A stretch of 63,953 bases of DNA, filler included, from Perkinsus chesapeaki ATCC PRA-425 (GCA_013115145.1; 8 parts of 8 records of this genome joined end to end with filler, not necessarily neighbours in it), one strand, 5' to 3'; positions 39,230-52,282 are shown, counted from the whole stretch's first letter. Program-made: numbers and translations. The notes: generated from the sequence alone by a model not told the origin.

Positions 39230-42200
39230 TTCCTTCTCAGTTTCCTGGCCTCATTTCCGGAAGGTGTGCCAGTCGAACGCATAAGGAACTTCTCCGTAAT
39301 AGCCCACGTTGACCACGGAAAGTCAACCTTGTGCGATCGTTTGTTGAACATGACCGGAATTGAAACAAAAGGCGCCCAATATCTGGACACTCTAGAGGTT
39401 GAAAGAGAAAGAGTAGGCCACCGTCGCCGTCGCTGCTGCTGTGTGAACGTGGGATCGTTCCTGTTGGCAGGGAATCACTATCAAGGCTCAGAGCTGCAGC
39501 ATACTTTACGAGCATCCTGCCGATGGGTTAACGTACCTTCTCAATCTCATCGACACGCCAGGTGAGGGTTGGTAGATATACTTATTAATATGCATTATTA
39601 TTAATAGAAATTATTATCAATAGACATTAATATAGAGATTTGTTTCTGAAACTCCCCGCCGTTCTCTTACAATTTGCGCATCTTCCGGATTCAAGGTTCA
39701 TTGATCAGCAGCAGCTCGTGTGTTCAATTTCCTTCCCTTCCACAATCGATCCTCCCTGTCCTACTTCAGGGCATACAGACTTTCAGTATGAAGTTGCTAG
39801 ATCCTTGTCAGCCTGCCAGGGAACCATATTACTGGTTGATGCGATACAAGGTAATAACGCTTCTACGCACTATTGGGCATTTCACCGAGGTGGACCACTT
39901 TACTGGTCACCAAAACTGGCACCTTCGGAAGGCGTTCCGAACTTCCGTGGTGCAGAAGTGCCGGGATTCGTCGTCCAAGGGGTTTGTTCTACAACCCAGC
40001 GTGAAAGAAGTCTTCCTAGGATTTTGCGCAGTCGCTTCTTCCGAAGATTCGAGAGCTTTTAATTCATGTCCTACGTTGATAGACAGTGTGATCCGGTAGA
40101 TGAGGGCTGATCAGATTGGTTCTACGTTACCAAGCTTGCGGTGAGCAGATGCCTGCGGTAGCATATCTTTTAGGAGTCCAAGCTCAAACGGTAGCCAACT
40201 TCTATTTGGCATTCATGCAGCAGAATTTGGAGGTCATCGGAGCACTTAACAAGATTGATGTCGAGCATGTGATAGGGGCAAAGGGTGGGAGGGGCAGGGG
40301 TTCATCTAGGCTCACGGAAATGTGCTCGTCGGAGATCCAAAGGTGCTCCGCATTGTGGAGAGAAAATTGGAATTTTGGAGTATGCGTTACTTGACCAAAG
40401 AGATACACCGAACGTACCCTTTCTGGGCCTACCATCCGACACTCCTCCACGGAAGTGGCGTGGAAGTTAATTTTTCGTGAAAAAGTTGTAGCAGCTGTAA
40501 AGCGCAAGTCAGTGCAGTCGGTAGGCCATAAATGTGAATTGTGCGATATTTCTTCGGGAAGGAAGATCCACCTTCGACTTTTACCCATTTCAATCGGCAT
40601 GCGTGCTACCGAGGCTTTGGTCTCTCGAAATAATCCGGTCTCACGGAAAAGCTTCTCGCCACTGTATGGGCGGTTGTGGTAGAAAATATGCCATTACTCC
40701 GAATACAATCGACGTCCCGATGGCTCGTGGCATCGCTCGTCGAAGTAGGCCACTAAAAAGTTCCGGCTTTTCGATTCAGGCAATTGATTGCTGTTGGAAA
40801 TTTTTGACAGAAAGTATTTTCTCAGGGCAAAATTTTCCCCTTCTATGACCCATTGTCCAGGTTGATCTGTCCAGCAGTCGCTCCCAATTGGCGAGTCTCA
40901 TGGACGTCGATGAGAGTGAGATACTGCAGGTGTCGGCGAAGACTGGCAAGAATGTTGATCATTTACTGCAAGTAGATTTCCAGGGCACGGCAACGGCGGA
41001 TGTTTTCAGAGAAGTTATCGGAGCCAGGCACCTTCGGTTAGAATTCTGTGATGCTCTGTCCGTTGTTGACATCGAGATTTTTTGGCGAAGGAAATTTCGG
41101 GGCGGTTTCGTTATCTTCTGAAGCCGCGAGAGTTGGGTGCATCAGTGATGGGAACTCGATAGGGAATATGTATTCCTAACAAAAAGAAGATGTCCAATGT
41201 CGAATGAGTGCGTTTTCGTCAGTTTTAGTGCTCCTACTTCAGACCATCGTTGAGCGTATTCCGCCCCCACCTGCCGATCAATCACAGAAAACGGAGAAGC
41301 AGCCAGCACTTAGAGCATTACTGCTGGACATGTGGTTTGATAGGAATCGAGGTAACAGCGCTCGTTACTATTAAACGCGTTAGTCTTCCAGTATGAAGTG
41401 TCGGCTGTCTGTTCTGCAATTCAATCGATTGCCTTTGGAAGTTCTCAAGCTTTCGTACCGCTCTTCTCCCGAATCGGACAAACAAGTTTATTAAATGTCC
41501 AAATCTATTACGAATTATAATCTGCAGATAAATGCAATCTACTGAAGATATTATCTCACTGCCTTATCTCCGTTAAGCCTTATAATTTTTTGTGAGGTTG
41601 ACTGCCACTTTATAAGAGTATTAATAATAAATGGACGTGCTGAATGTAGCCGTTTCAGGTACCTTTCGAGGGCGGGCGCGAAATCATCAAATTTTCGTCT
41701 GATAATTTTTGTCATGACAAATAACCTAGGAATTCTAAGTTTCGTGTTTTAAGTCATTCTGCCAGACGAGGAATCTTGTAAAATGCATAATTTTGTGGAC
41801 GGGTTTATGTTGATAACTAATGCTTCTTCACTTCTCGATCATCACACAACAGCTGATCTAGCACTTATCTGGATTCGTTATCGCTTCGGAGACGGATCGC
41901 CCTCTCCTCGAAGTTTGTGTGTAGGTGCTGTACTTTTGGTCTATCTCACCAGCGGTCGCCTCAAAAAGGGAGATGTTTTGGAATTAAAACATGCCCAGCG
42001 TAAAATGACAGCCTCGGACATCGGTGTTATGCATCCCAATCTCACCCCGACGGATTTCCTCCATCGCGGACAGGTGAGAAGATGCAAATCGATCAATCGG
42101 GCGCGCGCTACTTTAATCCGGCTCTCAGCTGGGATACATCACTTGCAATCGAAATCAAGATGTTCGCGGGTTGAGGGTTGGTGACACGATAAGTCGGATT

Positions 42201-44228
42201 GGCGAAACGGTGGAATCTTTTCCGGGATTCAAGCCTGCCAGGAGTATGGTCTATGCTGGTAAGAGGAAGGTGTGCGACTCTGTGAAAATCTATCTCAAAG
42301 CCTACGGGTATCTCTCGAAGCGTTTTCCTAGATTTATGTGAGCCTCTTTATTACGATGCGTTCAAGAATTAGCATTTCTATGCGACAGTCAGCCGGAAAG
42401 TTGCCGAAGATTACTACTCGCAAACGCGACTATTTCTGCCCCAATAGTAGTTCCACGAATTGTACACATCTTGTCATCTCCACTAGTTAGCTCCGGAAAA
42501 AGCTTTTTACGTGAAAAGCTTGGGAATTTCTTGGGTATCATTTTGGTCGATCATCAGTAATTAATTAAGGTGTTTTTCCTGTTACGACCGACGACAGCGA
42601 GAAGCTCGAGCCGGCAGTGCAACGGCTTTCTCTCAGCGACTCGAGTTTGGAGTACCGGAAGGTGGTGAGCCAGGCCCTCGGTGAGTGCCGTATAGAAGTG
42701 AAAATCGTTCTAATGACTTCGAGGAAGTTTTGTCTTTGGCGTCTACGCCAATCTTGAGGGTCTGCTCGGCGGGGTTACCTTGTCATGAGTTTCGCGGAGG
42801 CTTTTCATGCTGGCTCGAACTACCTCAGTTTCACTTAGAAATCGCTGCACCCGGGCTTGTGGCATTTCGCAAGATGCGCAAGTTCCAAATCACTGCCTCA
42901 GCGTTATGTCATATCGCCGCAAACGTCAGGCACTGGCTTCCGTTGCGGATTTCTCGGCCTACTGCACATGGACGTGATAAAGCAACGCCTGAAAGCCGAG
43001 CATGACGTTGATATAATTCTCACTACACCGACGGTACCTTACACATTTACCCCGCACAATCCGCATTCCAGCAAGGGGACAGAAAAAATAGTAGCGCAAA
43101 AAGCGGTATGAAATGCTACGCTCCGCAGGTTGTCGAGTCGGTGGACGATTTTCCGAAGAATCCGTTGGGGACATGGGAGGAGCCTACAGTTGAAGGTGAA
43201 GTTCTCCTTGTCCGTTTGTGTGTTGGAAACTTCGGTGGGATCGCAGTACGAGTCATACGATATTAATAGTGTCATTGATAGTTAATGATCGCTTTATGGA
43301 ATGCGTAGTGCTATTATTATAAGTAAATGTAAATTAAGCTTGCCCCTTTTTGAGTTGAACAACGGCTATCCTATCCTACGTTGTAGATATACCACGACTG
43401 TTTAGAAGAAAAGGAACACCTGGAAACTCTCGCGGCTGCCGATCGAATTTCCCTTTTTAGATCACTGGTATGTTTCGTTATTACTAGTTGTACTGTTAGC
43501 AATGGTGACACTGCCACACATATATATGATCATCATACTTTAATATTCCTCTAATGTCACCGAGAATGCTCTTTTCGAGCTGGTATTGCTAACAATAGCG
43601 CTGATTCATCCGGCAGATGTCACTCATTTAATTGGCGCGCTTTTCAGGCACGTTCGTCTCACCTGTGAGTTATGCTTCGGACATCATACAGTTGTGTTAC
43701 AATCGTCGAGGCTTCCAGATCTCGTACGAGCTCATCGATCCAACAAGAGCAATGTTTAAGTTTGATCTGCCGCTATCAGAGATTATAGTGGATTTCGCTG
43801 ACAAGATACTTCAGCTTTCGCACGGCTACGCTTCTTTCGTGTACGAGCACCGTGGGGCGCGCGAAACCGATTTGAGGAAAGTTGATATCAAGATCAATGG
43901 TGATCCTGCGGAGGCGTTAAGTTTTATATGTCGCCAAGATTCTGTTCGCGAAGTTGCCGGCAAAATGCTGAAACGGTTGAAGGAGCACATCTCACCGCAT
44001 GCGTTCGAAATAAACCTGCAAGGCTGCGTTGGTGGGAAAGTTTTGGTAGCGGAAAAAATCGGGAAGCAGAAAAAGAACGCAATTGCGAAAGATCATAGTG
44101 TAGCCGGCGATCCTACCCGGAAGATGAAGCTGATTAAAGAAGCGAAGGAGAGAGAAAAAAAACTAAAGCAAGTTGGAAAAATTAAGATTCCACCGGAGGC
44201 TTTCATGCAGGTTGTGAGATTGGATTGA
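39230..44228 (+). CDS. GUF1: Translation factor GUF1/LepA (EF-4), probably mitochondrial; about 12 exons, start codon not located
   Basis: [16 protein letters not shown] (G1), ERER|GITIKAQ (G2), LIDTPG|H (G3), NKID (G4), SAKTG (G5), [15 protein letters not shown], and LepA C-terminus GDPTRKMKL...[11 protein letters not shown]. Confidence 0.95.
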
Positions 44229-44472
44229 CGTTTCTGACCCTACGTGATGTTGAGTTGTTGCAGTTTCGTGGTGGAAATGTGATCGCATAACAAGTCGACG
44301 GTTTCGCACAAGATAGAGCGAGACGAGCTGTTTAGCTGTAATCGAGCCTATGAATAATACTCTATATAACAGCAAAGCGAACTTGAGAATACTTAACGTA
44401 CCTTTGTACCGCAAGTAGCGCCCGAGTCGCCGAGTCTCATTGGGCGATGGTTCTGTGAGGCTTGCACCGGCA

Positions 44473-44545
44473 GCCTTTTTAGCTTAGTTGGTAGAGCACC
44501 CGCTTAGTAAGCGGGAGGTCGTCGGTTCGACTCCGGCAGAAGGCT
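44473..44545 (+). tRNA. tRNA-Thr(AGT)
   Basis: Acceptor stem GCCTTTT/AGAAGGC; D arm with TGG; anticodon arm CCCGC-TTAGTAA-GCGGG; T arm GTCGG-TTCGACT-CCGGC; 73 nt, no intron. Confidence 0.96.
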
Positions 44546-44880
44546 AGTCTGATATCATTCACTATAACATTTTCCTTCTCAATAGGGAATAATGACACTA
44601 CTAGTGTCTGCTTGAATTAGAGTAGGAAATGAAGGAAGCCACTGCTTACTAACCAAGTTGACAGCAGCAGTGTTGGACGTTCGGATAGCCCTGTATGCTG
44701 TACACGACCGCATTGATTCGACACCGAAGAACGAATAAACAGTAAGAAACACGTAAGCGGATGATGGAGAAGAGAAAAGTGAACATGGAGTTGAGTTATC
44801 GTCCAAATACTGATGCTATGTCGGTCCTATAGGACTGTCCAAACTCAACTCTGGAAGCCAAAAGAGAAAAGGTGCCATGC

Positions 44881-45111
44881 TTAATATTCCCAATCAAACT
44901 ATTCAGTTTCTTGTCATCGCGTCTTATCAACTATTCTCTCGCGAAGAGTCGCCTCATCTTCTGCGCGAACTGCTCGAAAATAAATATCAACGATTATCTA
45001 CCAAGAGCCCTACGTTTTCCTGAGTTTGCCAGAATCTTAGGATGCCATTCGATTGTGATAGAGGAGACTCCTTCTTTCATAACACCAGACTTGTTGAGGT
45101 GTTCCATCAGT
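44881..45111 (-). pseudogene. 3' fragment of the FkbM-type methyltransferase (duplicate of about 48276-48510, plus shared 3' flank)
   Basis: LMEHLNKSGVMK...IEWHPK matches the intact copy. The intron donor GT is changed to AT, premature stops occur in the last exon, and the 5' part is absent. Confidence 0.8.
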
Positions 45112-45893
45112 CCTAAAGGCGCTCGTTCAAGAAAGGAGGCACCTTTCAAGAAAGAAAGGCTCCTCCCACTCCATGAGGGAAATATAAGACCATTCCCCGC
45201 CTGGAGAGGTGTCGTCTGGAGGAGCACTATAACTAATTAGCCCGATGATATTACTGATATCATATTAGCAGCTGCTACTGTGTAGACCCAACGACTGAAT
45301 GCAACTCTTGTATACGGAAACCGTTAACGAATAAATGCAAGGTACTCTGTTGACACGACTACAACGGTAATGACATATAATCATCATGAATCATCATTTT
45401 TATTAATAATTTGATAGTTGTGCACCACGCGGCTTATAGGCCGGTTATGGAAATAATGCACGATGTGCATGTAGCACCAAGTCATCATCCTACTCGTATA
45501 ACACTGAGCGCACAACTTTATCCAGGCGAGAAGGACCTCATCCAGCTTCGAGGACGTAGAGATTCTCGCCAATCAGCAGAAAAAAGGGTAGAAAATCACT
45601 GGCGCCTGAGCATGTTGTGAATTGAAGATCGTTTGTGTAGAACAACCGACAGGGGAGGGCCAGGAATCGAAAAGGTGATAGTATCGGGGCTGCTTTCATA
45701 TGTCAAGGATGCCCCTAAGATAAAGAATAACAACGAAATCCACTAGCGGTGCCACACCTTCAATCAATGCCCTGTAGGTTCCGGGGATAGCCGAGAAATC
45801 GGTGATATTTATTTTCGAACCCTCCATGTTGTATGGGATATTTTGCAGTTGCAGGTTCAGACCCGGCAGCGTGACATTCCTGAAAGTGAAACA

Positions 45894-46834
45894 TCAACGA
45901 ATGGGTGAAGATCGAGAGAAAGCCTTACAGCTCCTGGATGTTTCTGTCTCGGTTTCAGCGAAAAGAGCCATCACCGTCACAGTGATTGGACCTAGACTTG
46001 TGTTACCAACAAAGGTGCCGTTAGGGTGACCTGAACCAGGACTAGGTGCGGCGGTAGTTGTGGGGCCAGGCTCAGTAGTAGTTGTAGGGCCAGACTCAGT
46101 AGTAGTTGTGGGCCCAGGCTCAGTAGTAGTTGTGGGCTCGGGTTCAGTAGTAGTTGTGGGGCCAGGCTCAGCAGTAGTTGTGGGGCCAGGCTCAGTAGTT
46201 GTTGTAGGGCCAGGCTCAGCAGTAGTTGTTGTGGGGCCAGGCTCAGCAGTAGTTGTGGGGCAAGGCTCAGTAGTTGTTGTGGGGCCAGGCTCCGTAGTAG
46301 TTTTCGGGCCAGGCTCGGGCGTACTGGTCGGGGAGGGAGTAGTAGTCGTATTCCCACCACAGGGGACTGGTGTATCTTGCGGACACACCGCCGGATCAGG
46401 ATGAGTGTTGAAGAAACATGTAGTGTTGTCGGGAAGATAGTAACTGACAAGGTAACGGTTACGCTGAGCATTCGGGCTCACCGAGAAAGAAACGGATAAC
46501 TGTACTTACAATCCTTGGCAAACTCCAACTCCATCCTCTGGGGGGCCGAAGGGTTTGCAATAAGAACCAAAACGACCACAGTCACTCATGTTGTTAGATC
46601 CACACAGGGACTGGCATTTCTCCTAAACATGGAAGCACTAATATGATACTTCGGACGGCAGTGTGGGCCCCTCGAAAACGAGGGCTGAGCACCACAGTGT
46701 CGAGGCTTTTTACTTACATTCTCGGGGCTTAAAGTAGGTCTCATAGAGCTGTTGTTGGAATCTGACTGCCTGACCGAGGACAGGCTTTCCACGAAGGTCC
46801 CGAGAATGCAGAAGATGGCGATGTTACCGAACAT
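45894..46834 (-). CDS. Secreted/surface mucin-like protein: 8-Cys domain followed by TTTEPGP repeats (may begin at ATG 47243; C-terminus may extend past 45894)
   Basis: Spliced CQSLCGSNNMSDCGRFGSYCKPFGPPEDGVGVCQGFYYLPDNTTCFFNTHPDPAVCPQDTPVPC, then about 11 T/E/P/G repeats (about 46050-46320). Hydrophobic N-terminus MFGNIAIFCILGTFV. Confidence 0.75.
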
Positions 46835-48275
46835 GACGGGAGATTCAAAAGAAAAGAGAGGACCTGAGAGTAAAACGTTCAGAAACCGAAACCAGGACTT
46901 TTCCGAAACCACTGAAACCGACTCCACTGTATCCCGCGTAAACCTATCAATCATTGAGACCAGGAATGGTATAGAAAGATTGGAACAAATGCTACCAGAG
47001 GAAGTATTTTCGGAGTACTTCTGTAGGGTTAACCCGAGACCTTCAGATGCAAGGCTGTCAGCGTAGCTCGGTGCTAGGCAGGAATGAGGATTCGCGCTGG
47101 AGGGCGATACCTTTGCTCAGCTTAGCCATCTCGCTGGACTTCAGGGCCTGGAGCAACGGTTTTCGCTGCACGCGCGCGCAGGTTGATAGAACACTGGTGT
47201 AAAACAGTACCTGTAGCAGCACTACTAGTAGCCCTACTGCCATGAATCGCGTAGCCTCACATATGCTGCGTTATGGGCAGTTTGATCTGACCCTGTTCGT
47301 GCGCCGACCACTATGATATACCGAATGCCTACCACTCCCCGGCGCGTATTAGACAGTTACAGAGAGGTGGGCCGCCGCAGTGGCAGAATTCCAGCACAGT
47401 ACTTGCCTCGCTTGTGCGGCTGAACAATACAGGGCCACTCGGAAAGTGCAGTTTCCTACTATATTTATCTAGCGATATCTGCTACTTGCATAATGACATC
47501 TTCCTGTATAATAGTAATATGTTTGTCATAAAATTATATAAAACCAAAATGGAGACAAAACAGATTGATGTCGCCACATGAAGAGCCTGCCAGACTTCAA
47601 GGCGGTTCGTATACGCATCAGTGGAGAAGTAGACGGAGAACTAATTAGTAATTTTGGACCAAAATTATCATTTACCGTTCGAGTATAGTTGGCAGTGTCG
47701 ATTCATACAATACATGCGTGAGAAGTAGTACTCAATGTGTGTGGATGGGAGGGTAACGGTGCTACTGAAGTTATGCGGTAATTCAAATTTTTAACCACTC
47801 CTGCTTTTTGAGGATTTAGGAACAACTAAGAATAGTACTTTAGAATATACTTCCCTAACAAAAGCACGAATTATGTGTACATTTTTAAGCTGTGGTTTCT
47901 AAGAATGTGTCGCATCGATTTTGCACGATTTTTCTTGTTCCTCACTGCTGACAAGGAGTTTGAATCTGGAGCTAGCATGATGCTGAGGAAACATATACAT
48001 AGAGTACGCACCCATTAACAAAGCTTGGCTATTTCTAAATCCAAAACGCGAGTTGATAAGAACTTGACGGACGGTGTATGGCACTGCTGTATTCGACCGC
48101 ATTTATTTGACACCGAAGAACGAATATCGTCGACACGGTAAAAACATATAAGCGGATGATGGAGAAGGGAAAAGTGAACATGGAGTTGAGTTATCGTTTA
48201 AATACCGAGGTTATCTCGGTTCCACAGGACTACCCAAACTCAACTCTGGAAGCCAAAAGAGAAAAGGTGCCATGC

Positions 48276-49334
48276 TTAATATTCCCACTCAAAATATTTA
48301 ATTCCTTGTGATCGAATCTCACCGAAGATTCTCTCGCGAAGAGTCGCCTCATCTTCTCCATGAACTGCTCGAAAATAATCATCAACGATTATCTACCAAG
48401 AGCCCTACGTTTTCCTGAGTTTGCCAGAACCTTAGGATGCCATTCAATTGTGACAGAGGAGACTCTTGCTTTCATAACACCAGACTTGTTGAGGTGTTCC
48501 ATCAGTTCATATCTGGACACTGTTAAGGCTTCAATGATGCTCAAATTACTCAGCGCCCTCGATATCGACTTTGAGAACAACTTCGTCCATTTGCGAAGTT
48601 GGCACTGCTCTCTCCAGCCATTTCGCGAAGTCTACAACGCAACCATCTTCGCGCCAACGACCCTTCTTGCCTGGGATGGAAAAATCGTGTGGCTCTAAGT
48701 TACTCTCCAGGTTCCCCTCACCCTTGGCAGCTTGCTCTTCTCGCCGGTCATAAAGACTTGTTCCAACAGAGTCGTAGTGTATTTCTATTCCGTGTTTTGA
48801 CTTTGGTTTGGACACCGCTTCATCTTGGAAGTACCTTATATCTCCGCACTTCTAGAGAAATACTGAGATACAACGGCCACCCTATCGTTCCAGTATTCGT
48901 CCAAGCACCCGCCATAATTGGCACACACACCGGAATCTTCGCGTTTGCCTCGCATCTCTCGGTCAGCCTTTTCTCCCACTTAGGATTCAACTCGAAGAAG
49001 TATACCTCCCAGTCTGCGGCGTCGAAATTCTGCCACTAAAGTTTGCGAATTCCGGAAGCTCCTTTCATACCTGGCCTCCTCGTTCTTTCAATTTCATTAA
49101 AAACTCTAAAGACTGTCCGTCGTTCGCACCAAGGTCGATGAACACGCGACGCCCTCGAGATGCGCCGGCTGGTGGTCCCGCTTGGGCCATGTCCTTGCAG
49201 ACTGTTTCCCGCAGTGCCTCACCGATCGCGAGGGTTGTGATGGGATTGTAAAAGTTGTAAAGAATGTACAGTGCCGCCAAACCGATGAGAACGATGGGTA
49301 GTATCGGTGGTAATCGACATTTATAACTTGACAT
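48276..49334 (-). CDS. FkbM-family SAM-dependent methyltransferase with N-terminal membrane anchor (multi-exon)
   Basis: ILPIVLIGLAALYIL anchor; RVFIDLGANDGQS SAM motif; YFFELNP; VVLKVDIEGAE|YELMEHL; VTIEWH; stop after YFEWEY. Confidence 0.87.
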
Positions 49335-49416
49335 GACCGTCTAAAGCTGCGACTGGGCATTATTGGCGGCTCACTTTAGGTAAGCCACAAGCGTAGTTCA
49401 GCAAGCTGAGATTTAT

Positions 49417-49660
49417 TTATCTAGGTCTTGGATAGTAAGCAGGCCACCCAACGACCTGTTTAAAGATAAAGTGGCTTAGATGGTCAACTATCTCTTCTGG
49501 CGCGTTTGGGTGTCCTAAATTAGGACTTCCAAGCATTGTTGGAATATATGTATTTGGTAGCGCTTGCCCTGAGAGAATGTCCCAAGCAAATACCGAAAGA
49601 GTACAGCTCTTATACACACAGCCGACGTTGAAGACCTTCCTACGGTGAGCAGGCGTGAAG
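49417..49660 (-). pseudogene. Possible decayed delta-12/omega-6 fatty-acid desaturase fragment
   Basis: IVDHLSHFIFKQVVGWPAYY resembles the FAD2-type Q..GWP.YL motif. Upstream GCVYKSCTLSVFAW resembles G..LHS.LL.P.F.W but lacks the His boxes. Confidence 0.4.
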
Positions 49661-50499
49661 TACGTTCCTGCACTACAACGGGTGCGTTAATTCGTCTATT
49701 TTGTGTCTAGAGAGAAGTGCCTGTTTCGGCACCTGGAAAGTCGTTCATAGAGCGTAGTATATGTTTTTCGATCGCTATGCAACTTCGGGAGTGTGCTTAT
49801 TATGGATCGATGAACCTATGGTTCTCCTGAATGACGCACCTGAGCTGTGAACCCGGAAGACTAGTTGTTACAAGTGAGTTTCACAGTGTATAATCTCTGT
49901 TCTAAAGCTTGGAACTTCGGCGATTCAGAACTGTCGACGCAAGTCAAAAGCAGATTCACTCAACAACGGTTTGAACTATTGCGCACCAGCATGAGAAGCA
50001 GCAGCAGCAGCAGCATCGGTATCAGTTGTCTCAGGAGTAGCCGGGCTCTCTGCGGTCGGGACTGAAAAACGTTTATGGTTACGTTGATGTAGCGAGTGAC
50101 CATCACTTCTGTGTGGTCTCGTGTGGTGTCGTATGGTCTTCTTAGCCTTTCTTGGTGCCGAACACGCCTTGGACCACTGGCAGAGCAACCACACTGCGGA
50201 TGCCACACCTGAATGTAAGGAGACAAATCACACAATGACGACACTCAGAGGAAACGTGCTGTTAAATTTCTGCGTAATGCAAGGGCGATGTCGAGTCGTC
50301 AAGGTGGTAACCACGTTATGATTCAAGCTTGGAGCGGCGCTACAGTGGTGCACGTAGACATACCCCAAACAAAGAGGACGGCAAGTGCAATCATCAAAGC
50401 TCGAACACTCCACTGCCTCGGCAAGTCCCTTTTAGAACGAACGCCGTGAGGCTCTGATCGCCACCATGCGGCGGCAGGCGGCACTTCACCAGTTTCCTG

Positions 50500-51065
50500 A
50501 ATAAAACAAACTACCCTATTGCACACGTGTGATCGCCCTACCTCGAGATCGGCATCAACGGTAACGTCTACAACAGAGTTTTTCGTGACACCGTCAGCTG
50601 CCGGCTCTGAAACGGTCCAACTCTGGAGCTTCCCTGTCGGTCCACTTGCCTTTGTGCACGCGAATCGTAACCGTGTCTCCGTTGCCAACTTTGACAGTCT
50701 CTGAGCCTCCCTGGGAAGTCGGTAACTGCCCCAGAAATCGCCGTCACGGCCACGCCGTGTTGAGGACGATGAGCGTCCTTACTTTTCCTGACAGTGTCAC
50801 GGTCACTTCATTATTGCCAACAACAACCGGTGAGCTCGAAGCTCCGGCGCCGATAGTCACAACTCCGTCACCCTGTGAAAAAATTCAACCGGGAAACGCG
50901 ACCGCGAGCTTTACTGTTTTTGCAGCCTTGATAGCGTGGCACATCGCCAGCTGCGCTAGGAGTGACGTGACGCGCAGAAGAAGTGGAATGAATACAATCT
51001 TAAAATGGTTGATGAACTGGGCTAAAATGTGGCCAAAATTAATGATATTAATTGTTTATGTTTAA
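50500..51065 (+). CDS. Hypothetical Ser/Thr/Pro-rich protein with hydrophobic C-terminal segment (multi-exon, 5' end unclear)
   Basis: SASTVTSTTEFFVTPS...; VTVTSLLPTTTGELEAPAPIVTTPSP...ASFTVFAALIAWHIASC; a plausible 38 nt GT-AG intron joins the segments. Confidence 0.35.
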
Positions 51066-51593
51066 TTAAAATGTTTATAATGTGGCCTCTAAAGTGGCCA
51101 CATTCCTTCTATAAGACTTCTTGCGAGTCCGCCATTCTCAGCAGTATTCGCTTACCAAGACAGCACTGTATATCTTCTCTATTGTGTAAGTATCTAATAT
51201 TTACCTCATCTGTTACTATGCACAATTTCATTCAACAAAGATTTTACCACTCCCATGTGTGAAAACACCATCCCATATCGTGCAAAAGTTGTGCAAGTTA
51301 GACTACTACTACTTTTTAGTTGTGTGGCACAACAAAAATAGTAATAGCAGTCTACTCTATGGAAACCTGCCGACCCCGCAGCATTAGCAAGTGCTCTATA
51401 CTTTCGAAATTTTGTTCGCGGAGATGCACTTCTCATTCATGGGCGGACAAAATGTACATTTTTCAAGGTTGAGCCTTGTGGGCTTCGCACTGAACCGCGA
51501 GAATCCGCGAGTGTCGCAATTCTTTCCAGTGCGCGTACATGTGTGACAAACTCAGTTCAGTTAGCAATTAAGTTGAAACGATGAAAGGAACAC

Positions 51594-52282
51594 TCAGTCT
51601 TTTTTAGGAGGAGCCTCGGCAATCATCTTAGCTAGCTCACCAGATTGGTACAGCTGCATCAGTTGAGACATTCCGCCGATGCTTTTACCTTCAAAAAATA
51701 TACGTGGAACTGAAACGACGATATCCTGAACGAGTGAAAGTTGAATACTTACCAGTTCTTGCACCGGTTAACGCGTTGAGCTCTTGCTGGTAAAGCTGGG
51801 TATCCTAAAAGACACTCATGGTAGTGAGGTAGACCGCACTGTGAAGAAGCTCACATTCGGGCCGCCCGCTACTCGATCGATTTCTACAACGGCAACTGGC
51901 TGATTCAGATCTTTCAAGAGCTGTTTGGCTTGACTGCAAAACCTGAGAAAAACCGAGTAATACACGGCAAACTAGCCCGAAGTGATAATGATTCGGAAAC
52001 TCGGTTTTTCGTAAGTGACTTCTACTATAAGCTTCTATCTGCGAAGTATGCCGGGATTTCATATAGTTTAATATCGCTCTTATGGGTTGTTTCTTACGGA
52101 CAAGTTGTTTTAGAAAAGACGGCCCATTTGTTATTCTCTATCGTTTCCTCTATATGAGTCTTCACATAATTGCCGCTCTTGCCGAATTTAGGGACGGCGT
52201 GGTAGGCAGTAAAGCATCGTTTTGAAAGGTGAGAGAGTGCCGTGGGAAGGCCGGTGGTCGAACGAGTGAATGCCAGGGACAT
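51594..52282 (-). CDS. Dithiol glutaredoxin (CPFC) with a mitochondrial-type N-terminal presequence; 4 exons
   Basis: AVFSKTTCP|FCSQAKQLL, RT|VPRIFFEGKSIGG. Leader MSLAFTRSTTGLPTALSHLSKRCF is Ser/Thr/Arg-rich and has no acidic residues. Confidence 0.92.
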
